A DNA stretch of 60,729 nucleotides, filler included, from Jimgerdemannia flammicorona (taxonomy: Eukaryota): assembly GCA_003990765.1 (NCBI GenBank). It is 2 parts of 2 records of this genome, joined end to end, with 100 filler letters (N's around TTAATTAATTAA, not from the genome) between each part and the next. Parts side by side here need not be neighbours in the genome. Positions count along the whole stretch, not along the records: positions 1 to 30,317 come from RBNJ01000448.1; 1 more part is not named here. The stretch is one strand, 5' to 3'. Under the pieces are notes generated by a model. That model was not told the DNA's origin, did not search any database, and saw nothing but the letters and a program-made list of their open reading frames with translations. Made by a program: the position numbers and the translations under genes. Every line of letters begins with the position of its first letter. Position 1 is the stretch's first letter. Below are positions 15,506-28,490 of this stretch, in pieces.

Positions 15506-16892
15506 TTAGTTCCGCGCCTGCGTATCATTCTTAAACCCTTCCAACGCCGCCTTGGCTCTCCCGTCAATGATTGCTGCCCTCGCGATCTCTACTCCCTCCT
15601 TGAATGTCTGGGCCTTCTTCGCCACGACCAACACTGCCGCCGCGTTGAGCAGTACAAAATCCAGGATGGGGTTGTTCTCGGGCAATTCGTTTGCTAGGAG
15701 GCGTTCCAGCGTCTGGACGTTGTCTGCGGGGCCGCCGCCGCGAACCGAGTCAAGGGTGTGGGTTTGGAGCCCGAAGTCGTGCGTGGGGTGGATGGCCGTG
15801 AATGTAATTTGGCCATCCTCAGAGAGCGTCCAGGTCTACGGAGGGGTGGGGAAGGAAGAGAGATAGGTTATTAATAGGGATTTAACAATGCAAACTCATT
15901 CTGGTCGCGCCGTGCTTATACCCATAATGTAATACTTACAAAGGTCTCGCCAGCAGGACTTATCTGAAATGAATTGTATGTATGCATGTATCAAACACAG
16001 GAATGAAGTCCTCTCTTCATGCCATCAATGGAATAATAAAATCAACACTTACCTCATCCAAACCCTCGGCTCCACACACCACCATGGCCCTCTTTGCTCC
16101 CGACAGTTTCAACGCCTCGATCATAAACTCGCCCACCCACTTCGAATGCACGCCAACGACGCTCCGCTTCGGCTTCGCCGGGTTGCTCATCGGACCCAGG
16201 ATGTTGAAGATGGTCGGAACACCGATCTCGCGACGCGGCTTCGAGGCATTCTTCATGGCCGGGTGGTACTTCTCCGCGAAGAGGAAACAGAAATTATGTT
16301 CGGCAATCATGCCCGGCACGAGATCCGAGGTGACGTTCGTGAGGGCGCAGCCGTAGGATTCGAGAAAGTCGGCCGAGCCTGAGGACGAGGAGGAGGCGCG
16401 GTTGCCGTGCTGGTAGGATTGGATACGATATACATATTTTTGGAGAGGGAGGTTAGGGATCTTGTGTGGCGTCATAACGGCAGCGCCCCATATGTCCTAT
16501 ATTATACAATACGCGGATCTCACCTTGGCCACCTTGCACCCAGCCCCGGCCGCCACAATGGCGGCAGTTGTCGATACGTTGAATGTATTATGGCCGTCCC
16601 CGCCTGTGCCCACAATGTCCACAATCTCTTCCGCCAGCGCTTGATCATGGAAGTGGACATGAACGGCGTGCTCCTGCATGACCTTCCCGCACGAGGCGAT
16701 GATGACAGGGTCCGCGTCCTTGCGGTGCAGACGACAGGCAACAAGGAAAGCGGAGATCTGGGCGGGAGTAGCGAGGCCGCTCATAATCTCATGGAGGGCC
16801 TGGTGCGCTTGCTCGGCGGTAAAGTTATGAGGGTGCATGATAAGTGTTTTGAGGATCGATCTGATCTGCGGTTCGGAAGAATGGTCTGACAT
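15506..16892 (-). CDS. TRP4: Anthranilate phosphoribosyltransferase; multi-exon
   Basis: Motifs [43 protein letters not shown]...[19 protein letters not shown] and [12 protein letters not shown]. Confidence 0.95.
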
Positions 16893-17784
16893 GTTTCGTG
16901 GCAGTGGTGTTGGGTCTAGGGTAGGAGTGAAAGTGGATGCGCAGGTTGTAGTTGTCTGCTCCACTTGGAGTGTTGATAATGACAAGAAAATTGTATGGGT
17001 GTATGGTTACCTTGTGTAGTTCAGGGACAAGAAGCAAAGAAAAGGAGGTTATCGGTGGCTTACAGGTTGTCGCGCCAGGAACCAGTCACGAATGGATGAT
17101 ATCATGGATGCTGAGGGAAAACTCTGATCTTGAAAAACCCCTCCTCCACTTGTAATGGACTCCACCATTCGTACGCTGCCGTTCAAAAAAACGTCGCCAA
17201 CATTGTACACAGCAGCATGGGTGGGCGGGCATGCCCCGAACTCAAGCGAACCTGGGAGCCTGATTAATGATACATTGCACCACTGTTACGTATCTTTGCA
17301 TACCCGTCGGGTATCAAGTTTGATGACCCCCTATTTTCATTCATGGTGCGCTTGATATTAGGTTGCAATCGTTCCGCCACTGCTGCTTTATCATCACGAA
17401 TCACGAAATGCCCAACTTGTCGTGTGAGAATATTATTTATTTATTTATTTATTTCGAGATATGTCCGAAGCGTCAATGCTACACACGAGGAAAATGGTGC
17501 TGCAGAGGTATGCTTTTCTTGCTATTGGCAATTATATCAAGGCTATGGAAGAAATGACACGAAATGGCCTTTGGTGTGTGATAGGGACCAGTTAAAGCTT
17601 AGATGTGAGGCACAGAGAACTAAGGGATTTTATTAGGGAGGTGAGGGAGGTAGGAGAAAGGTATGAGAAGATGTAATGTGAGAGATGACATCATGCATTA
17701 ATGGAGTAGTCACGAACAGTTATCACAATTCCCTTTACAGCCGGCCGCCGCTCTCCGCCCTCCTGCCCTCCCAACACACACACA

Positions 17785-20043
17785 ATGTCTGCAGACCCTC
17801 AACCCCCAACCACTACCGCCAACACCACCGCTACTGCCAGCACCCGTCCCGAGCCTGACTTCGGGCCTGACGATGACGAGTGGTGGGATATCGATGACGA
17901 GGACGGCGATGAGGACGTTGACGACGAGGACGATGAGGAAGGGGAAGAAGAAGAGGATGTGGCGGAAGAGGTGGACCAGAACGGAACCGCGCCTGTCGGA
18001 CCACCTGTTGAGGCGTCCAATGGGCCGCTCGGAGTCGAACGACGAACAACTACGCCACTGAAGCCGGCGGCGAAGGTCGTTCCCAAAGTGGATGAGGTTG
18101 ATTTGCGGAAGAAAATTCTGGCTATCCAGCAGGAGGTGGGTTTGGACGCAAAGGACAGGGCTAGACGTATTCAGGTATGTGTTGCAAGTTTGAACTATAT
18201 GTGCTTATTGCTTTCGACAACGACTGTCGTATCTTTTGATCTCGAATTATGCCTGAACCACGACGTTTTTCTCGTTCTCAACTATCAATACGAAATATTT
18301 TGCTTCATTCCTTCAAGGAATTGATGACTTCCGGCTACTCTGGTAGAAAACTGGGATCTTCGTCGTCCTCGAAGAACGGCAAGGAAAGATTTGAGCCTGA
18401 CGCCGACATGAACGAGCTAACAGAAGAAGATTTGAGGACAACGTATAATGTGAGATTCCGATATTGGTTGACTATGACAGTTATTGTCTTTCAATTTACG
18501 TTGGTCAGCCTTGTGCAAAAACACTTACAAACCACATTTAATCATCAGAACGAAGCTCGGGGCATTATGGGGTGCAGCCATTACCAACGTGGTACTAAGT
18601 TGAAGGCTAATTGCTGCGGGAAGTGGTTTTCGTGCCGCTTCTGCCATGATGACATCTCAGATCATAGCATCATACGGTGATTACTTACTTCGACCACTGT
18701 GTCCATGTGGAGACGATCGTTGCTGAAACTTCTGATACACTCTAATCTAATCGGTCAACTCACAACACTCTCTCCCCTCTCCAGCCATGAAACCAAGACG
18801 ATGATGTGCACGCACTGCAAGACAGTCCAACCCGCCGCCCAAATTTGCTGCAACTCTTTGTGCAAAAAGCAGCTCGCGCGCTACTATTGTGACAAGTGTA
18901 AGTTGTGGGACGACGACGCGTCCAAGAACATCTATCACTGCGACCAGTGCGGCATCTGCCGGATCGGTAAGGGGCTCGGGCAGGATTACTTCCATTGCAC
19001 CAAGTGCAACGTGTGCATGAACATGTCGCTTAAGGATAAGCATCGATGCATCGAACGGAACCTCGAATGCGATTGCCCGATTTGCGGGGAGTACATGTTT
19101 ACGAGCACGACGGTGGTGATATTTATGGTATGTATTTTTATTTTTTATTTTATTTTATTTTTGGCAGGACGTTACAATCCAAGTCAACATGCTCGAGGCC
19201 ATCTGTGATAATTGGTGGTATAATATTTCGAGATATCTATTTAAATCAGCATATCAATTCTTCCCACAAAATTTCTTTGTCATTCTGCAGCGCTGTGGTC
19301 ACTGTATTCACCAGACATGCCACAACCAATACATCGAAACCTCGTACCAATGCCCCACCTGCCTTAAATCCCTCTGGCCTATGAACACCTATTTTGATCG
19401 GATCGACCGTGTTATGGAGCAGCAGCGGATGCCGCCTGAGTACGATGACTTCGTATCGCACATCCTCTGCAACGACTGCGAGAAGAAATCACATGCCAAG
19501 TACCACTTTTTGTACCACAAGTGCCAGCACTGCATGTCCTATAACACTACCGTCTTGCAGACGATTCAGGAATCCAGCGGCCAGAGCGTCGCCAATCTGG
19601 CCGCTGCCACCGCCGCGTCCAACGCCAACTCAGCGGGGCCCGTGCCTGGGCTGCTAGCAGGTCAGGTCGGCAGGACCGGAGTCACCGCAAGCCTGCCGAC
19701 CACGGCCGGGCCTAGTTCTACTGCTCAGGCGTCACCAGCAGCGTTGGCGACAGCGACGACCTTTACCCCGCCCCCGGTGCAGCCTGCCGCGGCGGAATCT
19801 ACTTTCACACCGCAGGAAAATATTGTGCTGCAAAACTTCTTCCAGGCAATGACTGAGCGGCAAGCTCGCGGCGAGGGTTCCGCTGCTCCTCAAGCTGTCA
19901 CCACAGAAGCATTGCCCTCACCGTCGTCATCTGCATCGGGGTTGACATCGCCAACAGCGCTAGTTGACTTCTTCCAGTCGCTAATGGCTAGGAGTGCGAA
20001 TGGAGATGCTCAGGGTGGCGGTGAACAGGAGCCAAGGGAGTAG
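17785..20043 (+). CDS. RCHY1: CHY/CTCHY/RING-H2/zinc-ribbon E3 ligase (Pirh2/RCHY1 family), with acidic N-terminus and low-complexity C-terminus
   Basis: GCSHYQRG...CCGKWFSCRFCHD (CHY); YYCDKCKLWDD...YHCDQCGICRIG (CTCHY); CPICGEYMF...CGHCIHQTC...CPTC (RING); ILCNDC...YHFLYHKCQHCMSYNT. Confidence 0.92.
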
Positions 20044-20409
20044 TCGTACGGTCCGGTATCTACAATGCGTGCAATGATTACAATTCGTGTTCTGTGCGAG
20101 TTCATAGCTGGGTGAATCATCTATTTTGTGCATGTAGACGAATAATCAAAGGTTCTTACGAATGAATTTATTTATAGGCGTTTTGGGTCTGATGAGGTCG
20201 TGGTATTTGATAATGGCACTGTCATAAAAGTTGCAAATTTGCATTCATTCATTCACTTGGCAATGAGCGCCATTAGCCACCATACCAAACAAGATAGCTT
20301 GTATGGTGCCAGCCAACAAGCAATTTAGTCAATTAAGGGGAGACTATCTAGTCCCCGATCAAGGCAATCAAGGTATTATATATTACAGTTTAATAAAAAA
20401 TAAAACTAT

Positions 20410-21896
20410 TCAGATTGACATCTTGGGGCAACGGCCCATAACAGCGAATTCATCCGCTTCCATCCCAAGACACGAGTCCTTCGCGTCCAACTCTACTTGG
20501 ATGGGCCCTTTACGTTCCTCGTACAAACCGCTCTTATCCCGCAGCCAGTCGTGGCACAGGCCGTTGAGCCAGACCATAGACTGCAGGAAATTGACAGGTT
20601 GTTCATAGTGGATGCCATCCGGTGTCTGGGTTCGCGCGTATTCGGTGTTGGTCATGTCGTAGTTGTCCAGCACCTCAATGTGGTCCGTGCTGCCGAAGCA
20701 GTGCGGCAGGCAGACGCGCGACTTGCGCTGTGCCTCGCGCCACCAAAACTGCCGCACGTCCGTGTTGCAGTTTGTGAAGACATCGTTCGTGCACAGGTCC
20801 GAGTGGAGCTTGTGCAGGTCGGCGAAGTACACCTTGGCCCTGGGCCATGTGGTGGGTGTGCTTTTGAAGTGGAGATTGGCGACGGTGTCGTGAAGGGCAC
20901 CGGTGAGACGGAAATGGAAGGGGTTCAAGCCTAAATTAAAGAAGCTCATGTCCCTGGAAGAAGAAAAAGGAAATCCAGAGACATGTAAATCAACCATTCA
21001 TCCTTTTTTCATTTCCACGCGTCTTCACCAAATACCCCCACGTTTTCTTCAGCAAAATGTTGAAAAGAAAAAGCAGCTTACCATATACCCATGGACAAGG
21101 CTATAGTATCAAAGATGGGGAATTGGTCGAACTCAGACGTCGATTGCGAGGAATTATGATCTGTTTGCCCATCGTCTGTCGGTGCCAGCATGGACGCCCT
21201 TTCATCACCAGGCCAATTACCCTTGATGACCGGTTCGTCGGACGAGCCCTTGGGCCTGAGCCAGCTCACGTCGGCGCCACCCCTTTCAATCCACTTTGGG
21301 CCGAAGCTCCATACGCTGGGAGTCCACAGGAAGTGGAAAGCGACGTGCCCCATGAACTCGTTCGTCTCGTAGTTCAGGAGGTGGATTATCTCGCGCTGGT
21401 CCTTCTGCATTAGACCGTCCCCCCAGTCGAAGGTGGGGATGATGTGCCTCAGGATGGTGGTGAGTATGTTGCGAAGCAGCGAGTCGCCGGAGACAATGAT
21501 GTGCCGGTCGAGCAGGCACTGACCGACCTCGGTACGCGTGAATGGGTGATACTGGCACTGATCTGGCTCCCAGTACGGGATATTCGTGGCAAACGTTGAG
21601 TTGGCAGGCTCTGGGTTGTACGTGCGGAATGACCAGACGCCCGCGTGCGAACGCGTGTCCGGGCAGAGCGGTTTGTCCTTGTAGGGCGTCGGGTTGTGGG
21701 CCTTAGGGTAGAGGAGGGGTTTCGTCGTGTTCACAAAAAGCCGGCCGCGTTTTAGGGGGAATGGCACGTCTTCAGTGACATCTTGGACATGGGTGGTCAT
21801 CATTTTGTAAAGCATGAAAAATGCCAACTGTAACATGACGAAGACTACAAGAATAGCGCGCTTTCGCGACAGTAGTACGAGTTGTGGGTTTATCAT
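20410..21896 (-). CDS. Type II membrane PC-esterase / SGNH-like protein (TBL/Cas1p/NXPE-like), putative glycan O-acyl transferase or esterase; 2 exons
   Basis: N-terminal transmembrane segment (AILVVFVMLQLAFFML), YWEPDQC, catalytic-type SGDSLLRN, MGIW|D across the intron (about 20954-21081), and DGIHY (DxxH). Confidence 0.72.
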
Positions 21897-22179
21897 TTTG
21901 TTTTGATGAGTTGGAGTCGAAAGCGAGGATCAGACATGTAGCTTTTCGCAGTCTTATTTGTATCAAATAATTGAGTCAAAAAAAGAAATGTAGCCAAATT
22001 TGGTTGCATTTCAATACCAATAAAGGCTTTAAGCCAGATTATAAAGTTACTTAGGCCCGCACCATAATTTCAGGTACATTACATTATTGGCCTGTGATTT
22101 CAGGCCCGCTTTCCCTGATATAAATTTGCGATTTGATATGTCAGATGTTTTTGGCGAAATGGTATCCAATCATGCTGTT

Positions 22180-22620
22180 CTTGGGCCTGTTGGAAAGCCC
22201 TGAGTCGTGATTTTCCAACAAGTCTAAGGACATTAATATTGGATGTGTTTTCACTGAGATACGCAGAACCATCGTGCATGGCCAATCGCGAGTTTTAAGT
22301 CGGAAATAGCGGGCTTTAAGTTGGCCGGAGACAGCGGGCTTTAGGTCGGAGAGAGCGGACTTTATTTAGGTCAGGGACAAAGCGGGCTTTTAAATCAAGG
22401 GCAGAAACATTTTAAAAGTGGCCGGCTCATATCTCGACGAAATGATGCCCGATCTTGCCATTCATAGACCTTTGGAAAGCCCTGAACCGTGGCCTTCTAA
22501 CAAGCCCAAGAACGTCATGATCGGATATTTTTTCGTCGAGATATAAGCAAAAACGTCTGTCACGTCAAATCGGTGTTCTTGAAAAAAGCCCGACCTAAAA
22601 CCCGCTCCTACATCAGGAAA
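22180..22620. repeat. Cluster of short direct and inverted repeats, MITE/hAT-like relic
   Basis: About 4 tandem AGCGGGCTTTA(A/G)GTCGG-like units at 22290-22400; an inverted copy AAAGCCCGACCTAAAACCCGCT near 22586; TTGGAAAGCCCTGA occurs twice (about 22190 and 22472). Confidence 0.45.
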
Positions 22621-22679
22621 ATAAAAATCAGTTTGTAGTTCATGTCCACAGCTATTTGAGTCCATGTTATGGATCTGTA

Positions 22680-23570
22680 GCTATTCTAGTTCATGTCATA
22701 AAATATAGTTTAGATCGACAGTTATTTAGTTTATATAACTGTGTCTTCGGGAAATGTGCTTCCATCGATTTGAATCAAATCAAATTGGGATTGATTTGAT
22801 TTAAATCAAATTAAGATTGATTTATGTTTTTTATGTTTTTTTTTCTAACTATAAAATATAATTTTTTAATAAAAATATATCAACTTTATTATATTAGATA
22901 TCTATCAGATAAATCCAATAAGCTAAGAATTATTAAATATTTTTAATCAATTTATTGAGCACTAACTGTATTTTTATATTATTTATTAAATTTACAAATA
23001 AAAAATTAATTATAAAATAAAATATTATACTATTATTAGTTAATTAGATTCTTATTAATTTTTATATATTTAATTAATTATAAATTTTTATTTTTATTTT
23101 TTTATTTAGTACTCTAAATAAGTTAGATTTAAATTAAATTAATTATATAATTTATATATTAATAGAGATAAAGAATATGTCCCCTTTCTCTTCTACCTTA
23201 CCGGTCACAATAGTTTTGTAGGCAACCTTCCGAGTTCACTTTCCCCAATTAATACCCCCTTTATTTTATTTTATAAAATTAAAATAAATTAAAAAAAAAA
23301 AAAAAAAAAAATCAATTTGTTAATTTTTATTTTATTTTTTTATTTTTATTAATATTATAAATATAATAAATATCAATTATAAATCTATTAATTAAACTAA
23401 TTTTAATATAATAAATTTTAATAATAGTTAATTTATAAATTATATTTAATATTAAAAATCTAAACAATCATATATGAAAATTATATAGTAATTTTCTTTT
23501 AAAATTTGAGTTCATAGAATTGTAGCAATCAAGCAAAGAATATTTATATGGTTTTAGTTTTGATATCATA
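22680..23570. other. Extremely AT-rich intergenic block, probably a decayed transposon
   Basis: Almost no G/C, no ORFs of 60 aa or more, and short GATTTGAATCAAATC-type palindromes at 22766-22820. Confidence 0.5.
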
Positions 23571-23713
23571 ATGATGACGTAACTTTAGCCGGTTTGGGAT
23601 CTTTTTAGCAGTCGCATATTTCCATTAAAGGCTGGTTCGACATTTACAAATTTAGCAGTAGCTAAGCCTCATTTCACCTTCTACACGACCGACTATAAAG
23701 CCTCCAAATCCCA

Positions 23714-24642
23714 ATGGCATCGCCCGAAGCATTCAGCTACCAAGCCGTTCCACCCATGGCCACGACTACCACACCACCCCGCGATAGCTGGCAGTCAGCT
23801 CGCGGTCTGGAGGAGGGCGAAGGGACGCGTACCCCGAGCACTAGCGAGAGCGACCGAAAGCTTTTACTGCGTCAGAGCTCCGAAAAACTCCGCAGCTGTC
23901 GCATATGCCACGGCGGCGAGGACGATGAGGCCGGCACGCTTTTCAGGAATCGGAAGAATCCACTGATCCACCCCTGCCCGTGCGCCGGGTCGATGGTGTA
24001 CGTGCATTTGGAGTGTGGCGCATAGGGTCGTCGCACCCGAGGTCTTACTACCAGTGTGAAACGTGCAGATACGACTACGACCTTGCGCGGCTCTGGTGGG
24101 CCAAGTTCTTTGGCGACGCCATCCTCCTCCACGTGTTGGCTACCGTCTTCTTTCTCCTCCTCATATTCGCGTCCTCCTGTCTGGGCAAGGTTGTGGACAT
24201 GTACGGGCTGCATCACCGACCGAACGGGATGGACGACAAGGAATGGCTCCGAATCCACGGTCAGACCTTCATCTGGATCGACCGCATATACCTGGCGGCT
24301 GGCGTGGTGTTTGTGGCGATCCTGGGGCTTATCTACATGATATGCCTGTGCTTGGCCAGGAGCCTAAATAAATCCGGTAACTCAAATGGTTCCGGTGACC
24401 TACCCTTTTGCATTGGCAGCAGTTGCGATTCCTCCCCCAGTTGGGATTTCTCAAGTTGAGACTGCGGCGACTGTGGCGACTGCGGCGATGGCGGCGAAGT
24501 TTTGTGCATTCTTATAATGTTGGGTGGGATACTGTTCGGGCTTTTCGCGGCTTTGGCCGCAGCGTATGTGGCCATCCAGCGTGCTATAAATAAGGTACTA
24601 TCCAATATTGAGTATTTCATCCTAGAGGTTTCTCTGAAATGA
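23714..24642 (+). pseudogene. RING-variant (C4HC3, MARCH/SSM4-like) membrane E3 ligase with a frameshift and an in-frame stop
   Basis: CRICHGG...LIHPCPCAGSMVYVHLEC breaks frame at about 24015 and resumes as WRIG...YYQCETCRYDY, followed by transmembrane helices. In-frame TGA at 24457-24459, then DCGDCGDCGDGG, a further hydrophobic helix, and a stop at 24642. No introns seen. Confidence 0.8.
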
Positions 24643-24760
24643 TTTGTCCAGCAGGTTTGTAATAGTTCATACCCTATAAATAATATTTAAATACCAAGAT
24701 TTCTACTGCGAGAAGCGAATAGAACTCGCTTCCTCGATATTACCCCACAACCACCACCTC

Positions 24761-24800
<40 letters not shown>

Positions 24801-24977
24801 ATGACTCGAAGTCCACAGTAGCACGTCTAATCATTATAGGTTGTGTTTATCAGGCGTAAATGAGACTAAAGAAGGGGGGGGCTATTTTGTACATTTCCGT
24901 ATCCCATCATCGTTTTACATCAATCTCCAAAGGAAGTACACTGCACCTCACGTGACCTCCATCCAATGCATCTTTGC

Positions 24978-26620
24978 TCAGAAGAAATACCACCTCAACC
25001 AAAGGAGGAACGAAAATGCCGTCACAACGATCGCTGGTATACCGTACTTGCGGTATAGCGCTTGCAAGTTCAAATTCCGCGCTCGGTCCTTGAAGAGCTT
25101 GGAACTATCCTTGAGTTCGTGCGCGATGTGGTCCATGCCTATTTATAAAAGGATATTATTATGTTAAGTATTGATCAGATAAACATCAGGATTATATTCT
25201 TCATCTCCAATACACCCTCCTTCCCCAAATCGAATGAACACAACGACGACATACGATCCAGACTATCTCCTCGCCACAGCAGGTCTTCCATGTTCTTGGT
25301 CATGATCCGGGTCACGTCCTGCAGGTCTTCGTTCAGTTTCGTCAGGTTGTGCTGCGTTCGCGTGTCTTGGTATAACCTTTTGGTTTTTTGCATGAATGTA
25401 TCTAAGGGGAGAGACATACAGAGCCACATGTTGGCGATGGGTATTGGTATGTGAATACCTTAACAAACTCACTCATGAATATCGTTACTGCTTTTTGCTG
25501 ATCGCTATCCCCCTCTTGTCTCTTGGCCCCATCCTCTTTCTTTGCATCACCCATCCCACTTAACGTAACGCTTTAGCATTAAACTGGCGAAAGATCCGGC
25601 CCTACCCTCCCACCCCAATGAATATAAACACTTTCCACTCACCAAATTTAACGAACGCGTACGGCCTCAACCCGACCTTCTCCACTTCATTGCCATAGCT
25701 CAGGTAAAACTCCTTGGATAGCTCCTCGAGGTAGCTGAAACCCAGCTTGCGCGGGTAGGACTTATCACAGATGCAAAGGTAGCACACGCCGTTTTCGATG
25801 ATGTAGCTGTTTGCGAGTAGTGTTTATGAGCGAATGTCGGAAGGACGAGTACCGAATTGGGCAAGCGAGACATGCGTGCGTCGACTCTTCCCCAATCCGA
25901 TGACCATGCGCCATAATGAATGGTACATCCTATTCGCAACTTCCAGCCATCTCCCTCAATCCCCTCCCCCTCTCCTCTAGCCCGATAAATGCGCCGCTTT
26001 TGGGCCTCATCCTATAACTCAGACATCCTTTTTCCAAGCATACTTCCACAGCAGTACCATCACCAATCCCTTCTCGTGCCCTCTTACACTTACTGCAAAA
26101 TGTAATTCCCTGATTCAATCGAGCATCTCGGTTCCGAATTCAGACTCAGGCGCCTGAAGATGAGCTTGGCTTGTCCCTTGTATTCCGAAAGTTCGGCTTC
26201 GACCTTTTTGTCGTGGTGGTGGTGGAATCAGAGAGGGGTTTTTTTTGGTCCCCAGGCCGTTATAGGGAGTTGGTGTATGTTGTGGAGTGTCATGGATCAA
26301 TCGATTGGTGGCGTACCATGCAAGATAAATGATTGTGAGCACTATTTAGTGGATCGCAAGACTCAGGGAGACGTTACCCCTATGAATGCAATGCAGTGCA
26401 ACCTATGTATTGTCTTGGCATCTCGGCCACCCTCTAGCCTTTCTCATCCTCTCCGACCTTGTTCCCCAATAGAACTTGTTTCCGGTCCTCGTTGCACTCC
26501 CTGGGTAATCGGCAGCACCGATTTCTCCGAATGTAGACAGACCCTCACCTGTTCATCGTCCATGGACGCGGCCAAAGGTAGGCCGTCGGACACCCTAGCG
26601 ACCATCGTTGTCCTGACCAT
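24978..26620 (-). CDS. SEC22: Longin R-SNARE Sec22; multi-exon
   Basis: MVRTTMVARVSDGLPLAASMDDEQ; YLCICDKSYPRKLGFSYLEEL; RPYAFVKF; LQDVTRIMTKNMEDLLWRGDSLDR; C-terminal transmembrane segment. Confidence 0.95.
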
Positions 26621-26808
26621 GTTTGCTTCGAGTGGGTGGTGGGGAAAGGGGGAAGAGGAGTTGTTGGTGGGGTCCACGTCGAGGATCTGCTGTAAGTATG
26701 TGGTTGTGGTGGTGGTCACTGATTGGCCAACCAGGTGTACAGGACGACGTCACCATCCTGCCATGTTGTCGCATAAATAGGGGTCGTTATATCTACGCAT
26801 CCAAAACA
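26621..26808. promoter_or_regulatory. Compact bidirectional promoter region between SEC22 and COX19
   Basis: Divergent ATGs 188 bp apart; ATTGG/CCAAT element at about 26722, a GACGTC palindrome at about 26746 and CATAAATAG at about 26772. Confidence 0.55.
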
Positions 26809-27228
26809 ATGAGTTTCGGAAGACCACCGAACATCGAGTCCTTCTCAGGCGACCCGCCGGCTCTCGGCAGCTTTCCGCTGGATCATCTAGGTACGTGTCG
26901 AATTGTGCTATGCAAGAACCTAGCGCTGCAACAACCGCCAGCTCACTCAGTCGACCTGTAACCGTGATATGTACAGGTGAATGCACGCACTTCATGAAAA
27001 AATTCTTGCAGTGTCTCAAAGACAACAAGGGCGACAATGGCGCGTGTAGACATATGTCAAAGTCTTATTTGCTATGCCGGATGGACAAGTGAGTCAAGGT
27101 GTCTGTTTCGTCAAGAGACCCTGACACCCAATTGCTTCTAACACACCAATAATGCCAGGGGTTTGATGGCGCCGGATGACCTAAGGAATTTGGGGTTCAA
27201 GGACTTGGAAGGAGAAAGGGACCCATAG
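26809..27228 (+). CDS. COX19: Cytochrome c oxidase assembly factor Cox19 (twin CX9C); 3 exons
   Basis: PPALGSFPLDHL|GECTHFMKKFLQCLKDNKGDNGACRHMSKSYLLCRMDK|GLMAPDDLRNLGF. Confidence 0.95.
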
Positions 27229-27369
27229 GCCCACTTGGTCATTTGTTACGAAATAGAATATGCTCTGAAATATTCAATTCTAAAGTGTGGTTTCTAATTT
27301 AAGGATGCTGTCAAATTTTTTTTCTGATAAATGGTCTTGGAGATCATCTTTTTTTTTTTTCTGCCATTT

Positions 27370-28100
27370 ATTACCAATCTATTAATAAGTTTACAGTAAT
27401 TCCTCTCACTACTTTGATCTTCATAGGGGAGTCTTTCTCTGTATTATTATAAATAAAAATTATCTTCTCTCTTACTACTTTCACTTTTCTCTTACTCTGC
27501 TTGTAAGTGTACAACCTCCAAGCCACCAAAATTGCATGGCATCCTCAGAACTAATTCGGAAACCACATGCGAGACTACAAAACAAAAGATTATCTGGTTA
27601 CACGAAATATGCCAGCCAGCACAAGAACCCACTGTCAAGATACAAGAATACTAGAAGAAGTACTACAACCATAAGACTGACTCTGAACTGCTATAACTAG
27701 TTTGGTATACTGTACTATTACAAAAGGAAACTGAAAGTACCAAACTCAAATTGAGACAAGAAGAACCCTATCTCATCTATCAAAAGGTTCACGAACTGCA
27801 CTTATCAACTCAAGACCAGGATATACCATAGCTATACAAGACCTCATTACTTAGCAGAAACAAAATACATTTGAACAACTCTGTTTGCTCTATCTGTATC
27901 ACCTCCGTTGGAGAGTGACAGACATTTCATCTAAACTCAAGAAAGCTGACAATGTCAAAACCAATCTCAAGCCATCTACATGATAGATATTACTATTAAA
28001 AATTGCCTCAGATTATAGAAAATATCATTTTCAAGAGGTTCGAACCCCCAGCCACGACATTGGGAGCCCTCACCCTAGACGAGAATAGCCAGTCCTCACA
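27370..28100 (+). mobile_element. Internally deleted, degenerate LINE ORF2 3' fragment
   Basis: Remnant SHYFDLHRGV (start of the RT RGVRQG motif) and zf-RVT-like NSVCSIC...ESDRHFI across a frameshift; stop codons and CpG depletion. Confidence 0.5.
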
Positions 28101-28239
28101 AATGTGCCAGCAGACCAAAAAAAAAAGAGAACCAAGACCTGTTATCCTTGTATAACTACCGCCACCGAGAATAGCCTTAATTTTGTAAGAGATAGAAGTG
28201 ACGACACCTTTTTTTTGTTTAACGGACTTATGTCTCATG

Positions 28240-28490
28240 GATTTTTATTGAAAGAGAACCTAGACTATATAGGCCAAAACCCTCCCCCACCACCCACCAA
28301 GCACTGCCTCCCCATTAACCTAGGCTAGCTATTGTCCAGCAGCTCAACCATGCTAGGCGTAGCAGGGCTGATAAGCCCGCACCTCATTCTGTGCACCATG
28401 CTCTTCCTACTACTAGAGGAAACCCAACTATACACCAATGACCGAAAGCACACACCTGAGAACCCATTGTATATACAAGGCCACGCCCAA
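28240..28490 (-). repeat. Repeat (probable non-LTR element 3' end) with an inverted copy at about 31490-31747
   Basis: ATTTTTATTGAAAGAGAACCTAGACTATATAGGCCAAAACC... is a near match to the reverse complement of ...GGTTTTGGCCTATATAGTCTAGGTTCCCTTCCAATAAAAATC; it terminates at an AATAAA. Confidence 0.8.
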
